A stretch of DNA of 64,000 nt, taken from Candidatus Iainarchaeum sp. GTDB taxonomy: Archaea; Iainarchaeota; Iainarchaeia; Iainarchaeales; DTGL01. The notes below the pieces were generated by a model that had not been told where the DNA came from, ran no database searches, and was given only the letters and a program-made list of their open reading frames with translations. Position 1 is the first letter of the stretch. Each line of letters starts with the position of its first letter. A program made the translations under genes and the position numbers. Of this stretch, positions 16,950 through 27,190 are shown one piece after another. Location of the stretch: contig JAOAJX010000006.1 in NCBI GenBank assembly GCA_026413945.1, positions 1-64,000 of the forward strand, read 5' to 3'.

Positions 16950-18689
16950 ATGCATTTAGAAGCAGATTCTACTCTGTGTGAAGCGTGCAAAGAAAAAGCC
17001 TGTATGAACTTTTGCCCCAAATCTTTAAGTATTAACGCACTGAAATGCAAGCATTGCAAACCAGAGGAAGCGCGATGCGCCTTGGTTTGTAGAAAAAATG
17101 CTTTTTACAAGGTTACTGAAAACATAGTTTCGATTGACAAAGAGCTTTGCGATGGCTGTGGCGCATGCATGAAAGCATGCTCTTACAGAGCAATAACCAT
17201 TGTTGAAGGAAAGGCAAGCAAATGTGACCTTTGTGCAGAGCATGGCTTTGAGATTGTTTGTGCAAGGGAATGCCCAAAAGGTGCAATAAAAATTGAAAAA
17301 AGTGATAGGGAGTGCTTGCTAACAGAAAAGCTTCTCGGTTGGAAGTGCTTTAGCATTGATAAAAAAATAAGGAAGGTTTATAGAAAAAGGCCAAAAATAG
17401 TAGAAGCTGAGGGTTACATTTGGTACATTTTGCCTTTGCCAGAGCTTTCATCTGAAGAAGCAAACCTTGTTAAGGATGTTTTGGATGGCTTTCAGAACAA
17501 TGGCTATGGCCAAAAAGACATTGAAAAAGCACTCACGCATTACTGCTTTGACAATGAAATATTGCTTGATGATAACCAAAAAAGCTACTTAGTTAAACTG
17601 CTCAAAAGCCTTGCAAATGGCTTTGGTCCTATTGACGAGCTTCTTAGTGATGAAGAGCTTGAGGAAATAGCGCTTACTGGAATTGGCATAGAAAAGCCGC
17701 TCAAGGTATTTCACCAGACCTTTGGTTGGTGCAACATAAACCTTTGCTTTACAGATGAAGAAACAGTACGCAACCTTGTGAATAAGATGCTGAGAAACAA
17801 CGAGAGGCGCCTTACGCTTAATAGCCCTTGCGTCAATGGCATGTTACCTGACGGCTCAAGAATAAATGCTACGCTGCCGCCAGTTTCAGTTGGTGAGCCA
17901 ACATTCACTATAAGAAAGTTTAATGTTAAGAGATTCACTCCTGAGGAGCTTGTGAGAAACAAAACATTTACCTTGGAGCTAATGGCTTTTTTGAATTGTG
18001 TAATGCAAACCGATTGCTCAATAATGGTTGCAGGAAACACTGGAAGTGGAAAAACAACAAGCTTAAATGCAATATTCAATTTTGTGCCAAAAGATGAAAG
18101 GGTTGTAATAATTGAGGAAACCCCTGAGCTCCAGATACCTCACAAGCATGCTGTAAAGCTTTCAGTTTGTAGGGAAAAAAATGTAGGGATGCACAAGCTT
18201 ATAGAAAACTCTCTCCGAATGCGCCCAGACAGAATTGTGGTCAGCGAAATACGAAATAGTGCAGAGGCAAAAGCATTCATTAATACGTTGCTAGCAGGCC
18301 AAGGAAAGGGCAGTTACACGACATTCCACGCAAACTCCGCAGAAGACACTGTGAAGCGCCTTGAATTTTTGGGAGTTAAAAGAGTTGATATTGGCTCAAT
18401 AGACCTTGTGCTTGTGCAAAGGCGCTGGCCTGTTATGAAAAATGGTAGAAGCATAGAACAGCGCAGGATAGTGGAAGTATCAGAACTTGAAAACAACTCT
18501 GAGAATATAATATACAGCTATGATTACAAAAAAGGCATACTGAAAAAAAACTCTGAAAGCAAAAAAGTTTTTGAAAAGATTGAAAGGACTTTTGGCGAAA
18601 GCGCAAATGCAGTCGTAAGAAGATTCTCTAAGAGCATGAGAAAAAAAATCTTTTTTGGTGACAAAAGTGCCATTGCCCAGCTTCATTGA
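16950..18689 (+). CDS. CpaF/TadA/VirB11-family secretion ATPase fused to an N-terminal four-cluster [4Fe-4S] ferredoxin domain
   Basis: Walker A AGNTGSGKTT, Asp box IEETPEL, Walker B RPDRIVVSEIR, His box TFHANS, DGSRINA..PP..TIRKF. Residues 10-108 carry 16 Cys in four groups, including CDGCGACMKAC and KCDLC..CARECP. Confidence 0.9.
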   Translation: MHLEADSTLCEACKEKACMNFCPKSLSINALKCKHCKPEEARCALVCRKNAFYKVTENIVSIDKELCDGCGACMKACSYRAITIVEGKASKCDLCAEHGFEIVCARECPKGAIKIEKSDRECLLTEKLLGWKCFSIDKKIRKVYRKRPKIVEAEGYIWYILPLPELSSEEANLVKDVLDGFQNNGYGQKDIEKALTHYCFDNEILLDDNQKSYLVKLLKSLANGFGPIDELLSDEELEEIALTGIGIEKPLKVFHQTFGWCNINLCFTDEETVRNLVNKMLRNNERRLTLNSPCVNGMLPDGSRINATLPPVSVGEPTFTIRKFNVKRFTPEELVRNKTFTLELMAFLNCVMQTDCSIMVAGNTGSGKTTSLNAIFNFVPKDERVVIIEETPELQIPHKHAVKLSVCREKNVGMHKLIENSLRMRPDRIVVSEIRNSAEAKAFINTLLAGQGKGSYTTFHANSAEDTVKRLEFLGVKRVDIGSIDLVLVQRRWPVMKNGRSIEQRRIVEVSELENNSENIIYSYDYKKGILKKNSESKKVFEKIERTFGESANAVVRRFSKSMRKKIFFGDKSAIAQLH

Positions 18690-19254
18690 AAGATATGTGT
18701 GTATGAGAAAGGCAAAGTACCTTGAGGCATCACTTGCAATTTTTGTGCTTTCGCTGAGAACAAAGCTACTTGCTGGCCTAACGCTTGAAACAGCAATATT
18801 GAAGCTAAGGGATGAACTTTCAGGGGAACTGAAGGAAGAGCTATCAAAAATAATAGGTGAGGTAGATAAAGGTAAAGATATAAGCGATGCTTTTGCTCAT
18901 GCAGCAACACAGACATGTTCTATTGAATTTAAAAAGGTTTTAAGCCATTTGAACCAGATTGCCCAGAATGGCTACTCGAGAAAAAACGATACGCTGAAGC
19001 TCTTGAGCAAGGAGCTTAGTTCAATGCAGCTTGCAAAGATACGCAATTACTCTTCAAAGCTAGCAATTATAAGCCTTATATTCATTGCGAGCACGGTTGT
19101 ACTGCCAGCGCTTTGGCTTGCTTTTGTCGTGATGGGCTCGGCTTTTTTTGCGCTTGATATTGAGCCTTTGCATGTGCTTGTAGTAACAACAGTTGCATTC
19201 CCTATGATTGGCTCTGTTGTTCTGCTTTATATGAAGGAGGTTGCGCCAATATGA
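18655..19254 (+). CDS. Type II secretion system F / TadB-like membrane platform protein
   Basis: Directly after the ATPase; L.AGLTLETAI...GELKEEL.KI..EVDKG.DISDAF pattern and two C-terminal TM helices. Confidence 0.75.
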   Translation: MVTKVPLPSFIERYVCMRKAKYLEASLAIFVLSLRTKLLAGLTLETAILKLRDELSGELKEELSKIIGEVDKGKDISDAFAHAATQTCSIEFKKVLSHLNQIAQNGYSRKNDTLKLLSKELSSMQLAKIRNYSSKLAIISLIFIASTVVLPALWLAFVVMGSAFFALDIEPLHVLVVTTVAFPMIGSVVLLYMKEVAPI

Positions 19255-20162
19255 TTCAAGCGCTAACCTTCTTTTTTCCAGAACACAAGATTAGGGGCTT
19301 TGGAACGCTCATCCACAATGAGTTAAACATAAGCATTGAAAAAGCAGATAGCATAGCAAAAATTTTTGCAGCAATAGCTTCAGTGATTTCGGCATTCTTT
19401 GTTTTTATTTCAGCAGGGGATACAGCAATAATAATTGCTACTTTCATTTTGTCCTTCTTGGGCTTTTACTTTTTTGCTATGGCTTTTATCGGCTTTTTCG
19501 CTGAAAAAAAATTGATTGAAAAGGAGAACAGCTGTGCTGAAGCACTAATGCATGCAAGCCTACTTCCTGAAGGCACACCAGTTGAGAAAATCATAAGCTA
19601 TTTAGGCAATGGAAATTATGCCATTGCCAAAGAGTTTCAAAAGGCAGAGGATGAAATAAACAAAGGGGCAAGCCCAAACAAAGCACTCTCTAGAATATAC
19701 AAAAGATGCAAAAAAGCAAATATAGCCCACATAGTACAGCTGCTAAAATTAGCAGATGTTTCTGGCAGCATAGGTCCAGAAACCTTTAGAGAATCAGCTA
19801 CCGGAATGCTTGAAGAAAAAGCACTTATGCGTGAAAGGGCAGCAATGCTTACAATACAAAAAGTTACAGTGATCTTAAGCAGCATGCTTCTTGTGCCTTT
19901 TATACTTGGCATCCTTTGCAGCATAACAAGCAGCTTTGACTTAAGCTACCTTGAGATTCTTGGCATGGATAAGCCAAACCAAAGAAAGCTTGTAGCTGCT
20001 TCAGCAATGGCAAGCATCACGTATGTACTTGAATTAGCATTGATTTCAGCGGTTTTTTTGGGCATGCAAGATGGAAACCTTAAAAAATCTGTTTTTTATC
20101 TTGCCTTTATAGCGCCTATTGCGCTCCTAATTTTTCTAAATGCCTCTGCCTTAATGGCATGA
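19251..20162 (+). CDS. Type II secretion system F / TadC-like membrane platform protein
   Basis: N-terminal TM pair, YAIAKEFQKAEDEINKGASPNKAL, C-terminal TMs with DGNLKK; ATGA overlap. Confidence 0.78.
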   Translation: MIQALTFFFPEHKIRGFGTLIHNELNISIEKADSIAKIFAAIASVISAFFVFISAGDTAIIIATFILSFLGFYFFAMAFIGFFAEKKLIEKENSCAEALMHASLLPEGTPVEKIISYLGNGNYAIAKEFQKAEDEINKGASPNKALSRIYKRCKKANIAHIVQLLKLADVSGSIGPETFRESATGMLEEKALMRERAAMLTIQKVTVILSSMLLVPFILGILCSITSSFDLSYLEILGMDKPNQRKLVAASAMASITYVLELALISAVFLGMQDGNLKKSVFYLAFIAPIALLIFLNASALMA

Positions 20163-20234
20163 TTAAAAAATAAGGAAAATAATGGCATTTAAGGAAGCAT
20201 TTTTAATATACTATAAATATTAAAAATAACAAAG

Positions 20235-23200
20235 ATGTTATTAGAAATGATGTTTGATTATTTTCGTTTACCGAAGCAGTTAGCAAAAGATATTTCCTTG
20301 GTTTTCTTAGTGTGGATTTTGATAAATTATCAGTTTGTTTTGCCGGTGTACGCCGCAGATGAGTCATCTGATGAAAAAAAAGCAGCACCAATAAGAGATA
20401 AGTTTACATGTGAAATGGGGCAGCTTAGCAAAGAGGATTCTTTCAAGATTTTAAAGCTACTTGCAGAAGGCCTTACCGGCTCAAAGATAGCAAGTTCCAC
20501 GAAACAGGATACTAACAAAGACCGTGAGAAGCTCGAGAATCCAACCATAATAATACCAATAGATGCTAATAAAGGTGAAGCGGCAAAGGTGCCTGTTGCT
20601 GATGAAAAGTTTAACATTTCTGAAGCAATACATCTCACAAATGACTGGATTTCAGGCCCTTATGCCTTTGGTCTTGTTCTTACAGATACGTTGCGTGTTG
20701 GTAGATGCAACAACCTTGAAGATAAAAACATACCTTGCCCGGTGGTTGATAAGCAGCTAACTCTAAGAAATTCTGGTGAGGGCATAGTTAGCGACTTTAA
20801 ACCTCTTACTGACATTCTAGCCATTAAGGGCAAAAAGCCAGAAGATTTTACAGAAGAGGAATACAAGGAAATAAGGGAAAAACTTGGCCTGCCGGAAGAT
20901 GCTCAAGATGAATTAGAGATGCGGATTGCTGCAAGCGATTTTAATGAAATAAATATTCAGGCTTATAAAAGAGCTCAAGGCAAGATGATACCTAACTCAA
21001 TATTAACTTATACTTTCAATGCGTATGGGCAAACAACCTGTAATAGCTCAGACTGTACAATAACAATATACTCGCTTTTTGACAAGTACTATAACAATTG
21101 GTTTTCCATGGAGATGACATTTTCCACTTTCGGGCCGACTCTTGTTGGCCAAGCAAGAAAGCTATTTCAACACCTCGGTGTAAGCAAAACATTTCTTTTT
21201 AGGCTATCAGAAACAGAACTTGCAGACAGATTAAGGCGGAGCCTTTACAATTCGGATGCACTTTTTGGGAGGCGTCTTAGGGCAAGAATGAAGATGCGCG
21301 CCCAACAATACCCTGAAGTAGCAAAATTTACAAAAGAACTCACAGAAGGAAAAGGTTGGACTTCGGGTTATGAGCTTCTTACAAACCCATCAATACCGCG
21401 AACAGTCTCAAGTGACTGGCTCGGCGCAGGCGGATGGATGAGCAAAATAGATGATCCTATTGTGAAGCGAGAGCTTTATAGGCAGGCAAAAGATATTGAA
21501 AAATTCACCAAAACACAAAGGGCTTTTTTAAGGGAGGCCAAGGAAAACTATCTCAAGGCTGCAAAGAGTGGCTTAGGCTCACCACAAGAAATGGCAGCCA
21601 GGGTTGAATATGGAAAGACGATAAGTGAAGCAATGCTTGATTACACAGATACACTAAGTTTAGATGTACCGGGTTGGTTTTCAAAATATTCGCCAGTAGG
21701 CTTATATACACAGAACATAAAAGGGGTAGGTGATGTATCACCTGCTTGGATTGCTGGTGATTCTGCGTATATGTATGATATGCTAAAAAAATATTCAATA
21801 GATGGTCACTTTGGTGGTGGTTGGCCCGGTAACGCATATCATACTGAAGGAAAAAACTTAGTGCTTTATAGGTTAGTTCCTGAAGAGGCTAAAATAAAAG
21901 ATATAACATTCGACGAGTTACAAAAAGGTTGGTTTAAGTATGAAGGCTTCTTTGTCCAGACAGACTCTGGCGTATTGCTACCGGTAAATGAAACAAGCCT
22001 AAACACACTTAAAACCCAGATGACAGGAGCTAAGCCGCTATTCTCATTAAATGAGGTGAAAAAGAAACCAACTGGTAGGTTAACCCCAGAAGACTTCGCA
22101 ACTAAACTTATGGAAACAAAAAATACTTTACAGTTAGAAATCTTTGCTCCGGAAAGTGCAGAAAAAATAACACAGATCCTACAAGCAAGGGGTTTCGAGC
22201 TAAGGCGTTATTCTAGCTTACTTGATAGGGCAATCGCTTATCAAGATAACTTTATACATAATTATATGAGGCCAGCTGGTGGACTTAAATGGACTGCCCT
22301 CTTTAACATGTATTGGGTTGGGAAGCGCGGCCTTAATCAGAAGTTTGCCTCAGCATATATGCTGCCAGATACATGGCGTGAGGTGCGTTGGCCTCTTGGC
22401 CAAGGTGAAATTTATGATGATGCCTTTATTGACTTTTTCTCACACGAAGGATCTGATCAAGGAGATATGTTCAGGCGCCTTATGAGTTTAATGCCTTGGG
22501 AGTGGCTAATGCTAAATACATTTGAGAAGTTCGAACCTGTAAAAAATATGTACGAACGCCTTACTGGGAGCAATGTAAGGACAAGTGTTGAAAATCTGGC
22601 TATATATGCAACAACGCCGCAGGATTGCACAAATTGTGGCATACTCATGCGCTCAGGCATGGATTATAGGTATTATTTCACAAACTTTTATTCTGGCAGA
22701 AAAATTGATTCATACATTCTTGAGGACGCTGTTTCAGAGAATGTAAAAAACTGGGGTTCAACGCTTATAATGTTCTCTCGCCACACAGATCTTGAAGGCA
22801 AAGAAAAGAATGTGAGTGGAAGCTCGAGGATAAGCCTGGAAGAAGCGGTAAAGAAGAAGAAAACATGCGCAGATGCTGTCGAAGAGGCAACAATGGGCAT
22901 TTCAAAGTATATTGGAATAGGCACATTATTTAAGCCACACACCATAGGTGGTGCCCTAGCTTTAACCGATTCTTTAGGCTATGCGCTCTTTGGATTTGGT
23001 GCCGTTTTCGGAACTTTGGCACAGCAGCTTGTAATAGCTCCAAAACTTCAGGATTGCGTTGATGTTGATGGCGGCTATTATACGCACATATTTGTGCCCG
23101 CTAAAAAAGAGGATAAAGGCAAGGCAGCAAGCCAGCTTTCTGCTGAAACCGCAATGAATAGCATCAGGTCATTTGTTGATTCCCTTACCTCTATGTTTAA

Positions 23201-24812
23201 ATCAAATTCAAATTCATATACAGCAAAAGCGGCAACAGAGCTTGATGAGAAAGTAAAAAAGTTCACAAGCGGGGCAAAACAAGACAACATTGTACAGGCA
23301 AATGTGCACCTTGAAGGCCCAACTACGGGAATACTCCAAGGTGAAGAGCTTTTTTCCTTTTGGTTTAAGGGCGAGTCAACACCAACAACATACAAAACAG
23401 AGGGACAAAAAGTGATTGCTTCAGATAATAACCGAGCAATCATTGTGGACTTCAAGAACGGAAGAATTCTCTTAGTGGATCAGAATGGCAACATTTTAGA
23501 TGTTATAACTGAAAACGATGTGCCTTCTCGCCTGATTTCTACAAACACAGATATACCTGCTGAAGAGATTCCAAAGCGCTATACGCTTGTAGGTTTGCCA
23601 GACTCAAATGACCCAATGTTTGAGATGAACATAGACTCTGAGCTTATTGTGCTCATCCCTGAAATTTCCGAATGCATATTGAAAGGCATAGAGTATCAAA
23701 GCGGCTTGGAATACAAACAAGCAGACTTAAAGCGCCTTAATCTTACTGATGTCTTTGGAAAAGTGCTTGCAATCACTACAGACACGCACACGATAAAGGC
23801 AGTAGCGGAGCAAAAAAGGATTGTCGCTGAGGGAATGCCAAGAACAATGGTTGAAAGCCAAAATGCAAAAGCAATAGTTCTTGCAAACAGGGAAACAAAA
23901 ATTAAAGATGGCAAAGAGGAGTATGTTGGCTTATTTGAGTCTGTGCAGTTTGAAAATGGTGTAATACTTTACAAGCCAGACACTCACGAGCTCATTATTT
24001 GGCTTAAAAGAAACAAGCAGGCAGAGCTCTCGGGTAATGATGTGGGTGGAATTAAGCTAAGCCCTGCGCAAGTTGTTGACCCTGAAACAAATTGCCCTGT
24101 GCCAGCAGTATCATTACAAGCAATTCCAAAGGAAACTGAAGGCATAGGCGCTTACCGTGTTGAGCAGTTCAATAAATCATTAGCTGCCTCTGGGCCTTTC
24201 AATGTATTGGAAACACCAACAAGAAGATTTGTGTTCTTCGCAAAATACGAGCCAGATGGCAAATGCTCGGGCCTAGAATGCTGCAAGAATTACATAAGGG
24301 TTATAAACAAGGAAACTGGAGAAGTTTATGAGGCGCCCATTGAAACATTCCAGGTAAGACCTGATGGCATATACATAAAGGATGGAAAAGGTAACGAGCA
24401 CAATATAAAGATCACCGCAGATGATGGAAAACCTATGCTTCAATATAATAACTATCCGCCGGAGCCACTTACAAGTGCACAAGGCCCAAACGGCTCATTT
24501 TGGTATGATCCAACTGCAAACAAATGGTATGCAGAAAATGCACAGCTTTTGCCATTGCTTGAAGCATTTAGGGCCGGAGCCTTGACTCAAGCTGGTGCAG
24601 GCGGAGTCGTAACAAAGGCAGGTGACAATATTTTGAATGTATCAGGCCTTGGCTCATCAGGTGGCTTCAATCTACCATCTTTGCCAGAAGACGTGGTTTT
24701 TCTAGTAGTTTACCTTTCTTTGTTACTTACTACAATAACCACAACACGTACCTTTTTAAGTAGAAATAGCAAAAAAAACTTCTCAATGCAAAAGCAAAAA
24801 GATTTTAAATAA
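20235..24812 (+). CDS. Large (1525 aa) surface protein of unknown function with a C-terminal LPSLPE-TM tail
   Basis: Long ORF; N-terminal signal (..VLPVYA); paired Cys; internal hydrophobic Gly/Ala-rich segment; C-terminal GGFNLPSLPED + TM + basic tail. Confidence 0.75.
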   Translation: MLLEMMFDYFRLPKQLAKDISLVFLVWILINYQFVLPVYAADESSDEKKAAPIRDKFTCEMGQLSKEDSFKILKLLAEGLTGSKIASSTKQDTNKDREKLENPTIIIPIDANKGEAAKVPVADEKFNISEAIHLTNDWISGPYAFGLVLTDTLRVGRCNNLEDKNIPCPVVDKQLTLRNSGEGIVSDFKPLTDILAIKGKKPEDFTEEEYKEIREKLGLPEDAQDELEMRIAASDFNEINIQAYKRAQGKMIPNSILTYTFNAYGQTTCNSSDCTITIYSLFDKYYNNWFSMEMTFSTFGPTLVGQARKLFQHLGVSKTFLFRLSETELADRLRRSLYNSDALFGRRLRARMKMRAQQYPEVAKFTKELTEGKGWTSGYELLTNPSIPRTVSSDWLGAGGWMSKIDDPIVKRELYRQAKDIEKFTKTQRAFLREAKENYLKAAKSGLGSPQEMAARVEYGKTISEAMLDYTDTLSLDVPGWFSKYSPVGLYTQNIKGVGDVSPAWIAGDSAYMYDMLKKYSIDGHFGGGWPGNAYHTEGKNLVLYRLVPEEAKIKDITFDELQKGWFKYEGFFVQTDSGVLLPVNETSLNTLKTQMTGAKPLFSLNEVKKKPTGRLTPEDFATKLMETKNTLQLEIFAPESAEKITQILQARGFELRRYSSLLDRAIAYQDNFIHNYMRPAGGLKWTALFNMYWVGKRGLNQKFASAYMLPDTWREVRWPLGQGEIYDDAFIDFFSHEGSDQGDMFRRLMSLMPWEWLMLNTFEKFEPVKNMYERLTGSNVRTSVENLAIYATTPQDCTNCGILMRSGMDYRYYFTNFYSGRKIDSYILEDAVSENVKNWGSTLIMFSRHTDLEGKEKNVSGSSRISLEEAVKKKKTCADAVEEATMGISKYIGIGTLFKPHTIGGALALTDSLGYALFGFGAVFGTLAQQLVIAPKLQDCVDVDGGYYTHIFVPAKKEDKGKAASQLSAETAMNSIRSFVDSLTSMFKSNSNSYTAKAATELDEKVKKFTSGAKQDNIVQANVHLEGPTTGILQGEELFSFWFKGESTPTTYKTEGQKVIASDNNRAIIVDFKNGRILLVDQNGNILDVITENDVPSRLISTNTDIPAEEIPKRYTLVGLPDSNDPMFEMNIDSELIVLIPEISECILKGIEYQSGLEYKQADLKRLNLTDVFGKVLAITTDTHTIKAVAEQKRIVAEGMPRTMVESQNAKAIVLANRETKIKDGKEEYVGLFESVQFENGVILYKPDTHELIIWLKRNKQAELSGNDVGGIKLSPAQVVDPETNCPVPAVSLQAIPKETEGIGAYRVEQFNKSLAASGPFNVLETPTRRFVFFAKYEPDGKCSGLECCKNYIRVINKETGEVYEAPIETFQVRPDGIYIKDGKGNEHNIKITADDGKPMLQYNNYPPEPLTSAQGPNGSFWYDPTANKWYAENAQLLPLLEAFRAGALTQAGAGGVVTKAGDNILNVSGLGSSGGFNLPSLPEDVVFLVVYLSLLLTTITTTRTFLSRNSKKNFSMQKQKDFK

Positions 24813-24853
24813 TAAAATGTTAAAATAATACACAAAACTTAAAAGGTGCTAAG

Positions 24854-26392
24854 ATGCCTAGCAAAGTTGCAGATAATATAGTACCACAGAATGTAAAGCA
24901 TCAGGGGATATATGATCTCACTGAAGATGACTTAAAGAAGCTTGATGAGACACAAACTGAGCGCATAATGAAATCCCTTGGGCAAGCAAAAGAACCTTTG
25001 AGAAAAAATATGAAATATATTTTAGGTGTAATTGTTGCCATTTTTCTGATTTTTGTTGCCTATCTTATAAATGAGAATTTTCTTTTTGGCTCATACAGAG
25101 ACCTTACAATTCAAGTGAAAGACCTTGAAAAACAAAGCATAAGCGAAAATATAGTCACTATAAAGGATATGTCGGGAAAGTCCGTCTTTGAAAAAAGCGG
25201 CGAAAGCACATACATTGCAAGAATACAAAAGGGCAAGTATGTTGTTTCTGTAAGTGCGACAAACTACAAGAAAGCGTCAAAGAATATTGAAATTGACAAC
25301 TCAAAAACAATTGAAATATATTTGGAAAAGGATAGTGGTGTCAAGATAGACTCAATATCGTTCCCTACAACGCTTTATATTGGACAGAATTTTATTTTAG
25401 ATATCAAATTGAAAAATTATACAGTAACGAACGAAACTTTATTGCTTTCATTTGGAAATGACTTAAATCTCTTCAACTGCCGTTTGGCTGAAATAATGGT
25501 GCCTGCAAACACTACACAAGATATATCTGTTCTGTGCGAGATTCCAGAAAACATTAAGTTAAAGTATGACTGCGAACAAAAAAAGGCAAAAGTTGGAATA
25601 AAATATACTAATGAAACCGCTGAAAAGCAATTTAGTCTTTGTATAAAGCCAACAATCTCTATGAGTGAAATTAGTTTCACAATAGATCCGGTAACAAAAC
25701 CAAACGAAAGGAAAGATATAGGCATAAAAAACCAAAGCCCGTTTCATGTAAAGGACCTTACTCTTGGCATAGAAATAACTTCTTCGAAAGAGAATAAAGT
25801 TGAAGATATTCTTAAGTGGTTCGCATTTGGAAATGTTATAACAGATCCGAGAAACAAGAGAACAATTATTGAGATACAACCAAAGTCAACCATAAATGAG
25901 CCATTGGAAGTAAGCGTACCTCTCACGGCAAAAGCTGAAACAATATATGGGAATATTGTATTAGATGCTCCTTACCTTAAGGAGCCTGTTAAGTCAAAGC
26001 TTACGCTTGCAATAAAGCGTACTCCACGTTTAGCATTTAAAGCAAACCTAACGGTTTCAAGGACAGTAATAGTTTACAGAAATGACCTTCCCACAGAGAT
26101 AACAGTTAAAGTACAAATAACTAATAGTGGAGACTTGCCAATAAAAAATATAGATATTAAAGTTGATAACCCGCAAGAATGCACAACACAATGGCTTAGG
26201 CCTCTTGATGTGCTTTCGCTTGACTCTGTTGAGCCACAAAAAGTTGGCTATATAACACTCATAGCTTCAGCGCCAGCAGATGCTACAAAAAACACAACGA
26301 AAAGATGTATAATAAGCATGACCTACGAAGACACCATTAAAGGTACAATAGAAACAGAAAATGTGGGGGTCGTTGAAGTAGTAAAAGGATAA
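24854..26392 (+). CDS. N-terminally anchored protein with carboxypeptidase-regulatory/PEGA-like and CARDB/Ig-like domains
   Basis: Charged N-terminus, a single TM (YILGVIVAIFLIFVAYLI), GKYVVSVSATNYK and VQITNSGDLPIKNI motifs; AGGTG RBS. Confidence 0.7.
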   Translation: MPSKVADNIVPQNVKHQGIYDLTEDDLKKLDETQTERIMKSLGQAKEPLRKNMKYILGVIVAIFLIFVAYLINENFLFGSYRDLTIQVKDLEKQSISENIVTIKDMSGKSVFEKSGESTYIARIQKGKYVVSVSATNYKKASKNIEIDNSKTIEIYLEKDSGVKIDSISFPTTLYIGQNFILDIKLKNYTVTNETLLLSFGNDLNLFNCRLAEIMVPANTTQDISVLCEIPENIKLKYDCEQKKAKVGIKYTNETAEKQFSLCIKPTISMSEISFTIDPVTKPNERKDIGIKNQSPFHVKDLTLGIEITSSKENKVEDILKWFAFGNVITDPRNKRTIIEIQPKSTINEPLEVSVPLTAKAETIYGNIVLDAPYLKEPVKSKLTLAIKRTPRLAFKANLTVSRTVIVYRNDLPTEITVKVQITNSGDLPIKNIDIKVDNPQECTTQWLRPLDVLSLDSVEPQKVGYITLIASAPADATKNTTKRCIISMTYEDTIKGTIETENVGVVEVVKG

Positions 26393-26416
26393 TTCTTTTT
26401 TGTTGAGGGTGGTTTT

Positions 26417-27169
26417 TTGATAAGTATTGTGGAAAAGCAAGAAACAGACTTTAGTGGTTACACGTTAATAGAAGGATTCCCAGGTTTGGGGCTTATTGGA
26501 ACAATAACCGCAAATTACTTAGTGGAAAAGTTATCTTTTGAGAAATATGCACATATAGAAGCAGATTTCTTCCTGCCAGTTGTTAGGGTCCATAAAGGTT
26601 GGCCTAGGCATCCATCAATGATTTATGTTAATCATGAGCTTAAGCTACTTGTTGTATATTCGGAACAGATAATACCAAAAACATCAGTTTTTGAGGTTGC
26701 CAAAGCAATTGCTGATTGGGCAAAAAAAAGGAACATAGCAAGAGTTATATCTTTGGAGGGCATATACACTCAAAACACTGAGCAGAACAATTCAGAGGCT
26801 AATGATGTTTATGGGATAGCTTGCAATGAAAAAGCAAAAGAGGAGCTCCTTAAGCATAGTGTAAAGCTAGTCGAAGAAGGAATAACTAGCGGTGTAAGTT
26901 CAATTCTTATGCTTGAACTCACAAAAAGCAATGACATTATAAGCTATTGCCTTCTTGGCAAAGTATCTGTCATAGAAGACTACCATTCGGCAGCAATATG
27001 CTTAAATAAGCTCGCTCAGATTCTTGGGATTAAAATTGACACGCAACCACTTTTAAAGGAGGCAAAGCGCATGGAAGCCACACTCTCAAAACACATCAGA
27101 GATATGAAGAAAGTGCAGGACAGTGTGCAGAGATTTGAAGAAAGCGGCAACCCAATGATGTATACTTAA
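26417..27169 (+). CDS. PAC2-family proteasome assembly chaperone-like protein
   Basis: LIEGFPGLGLIGTITANYLVEKL, VISLEG, GITSGVSSILM and LGIKIDTQPLLKEAK motifs; C-terminal ..MYT. Confidence 0.85.
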   Translation: MISIVEKQETDFSGYTLIEGFPGLGLIGTITANYLVEKLSFEKYAHIEADFFLPVVRVHKGWPRHPSMIYVNHELKLLVVYSEQIIPKTSVFEVAKAIADWAKKRNIARVISLEGIYTQNTEQNNSEANDVYGIACNEKAKEELLKHSVKLVEEGITSGVSSILMLELTKSNDIISYCLLGKVSVIEDYHSAAICLNKLAQILGIKIDTQPLLKEAKRMEATLSKHIRDMKKVQDSVQRFEESGNPMMYT

Positions 27170-27190
27170 ATTTTTAAAGTTTCTTTTAGT

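Noticed and set aside
18540-18660. Poly-A tracts as phase-variation sites
   Set aside because: A7-A8 runs are frequent throughout this AT- and Lys-rich sequence and the reading frames are intact.
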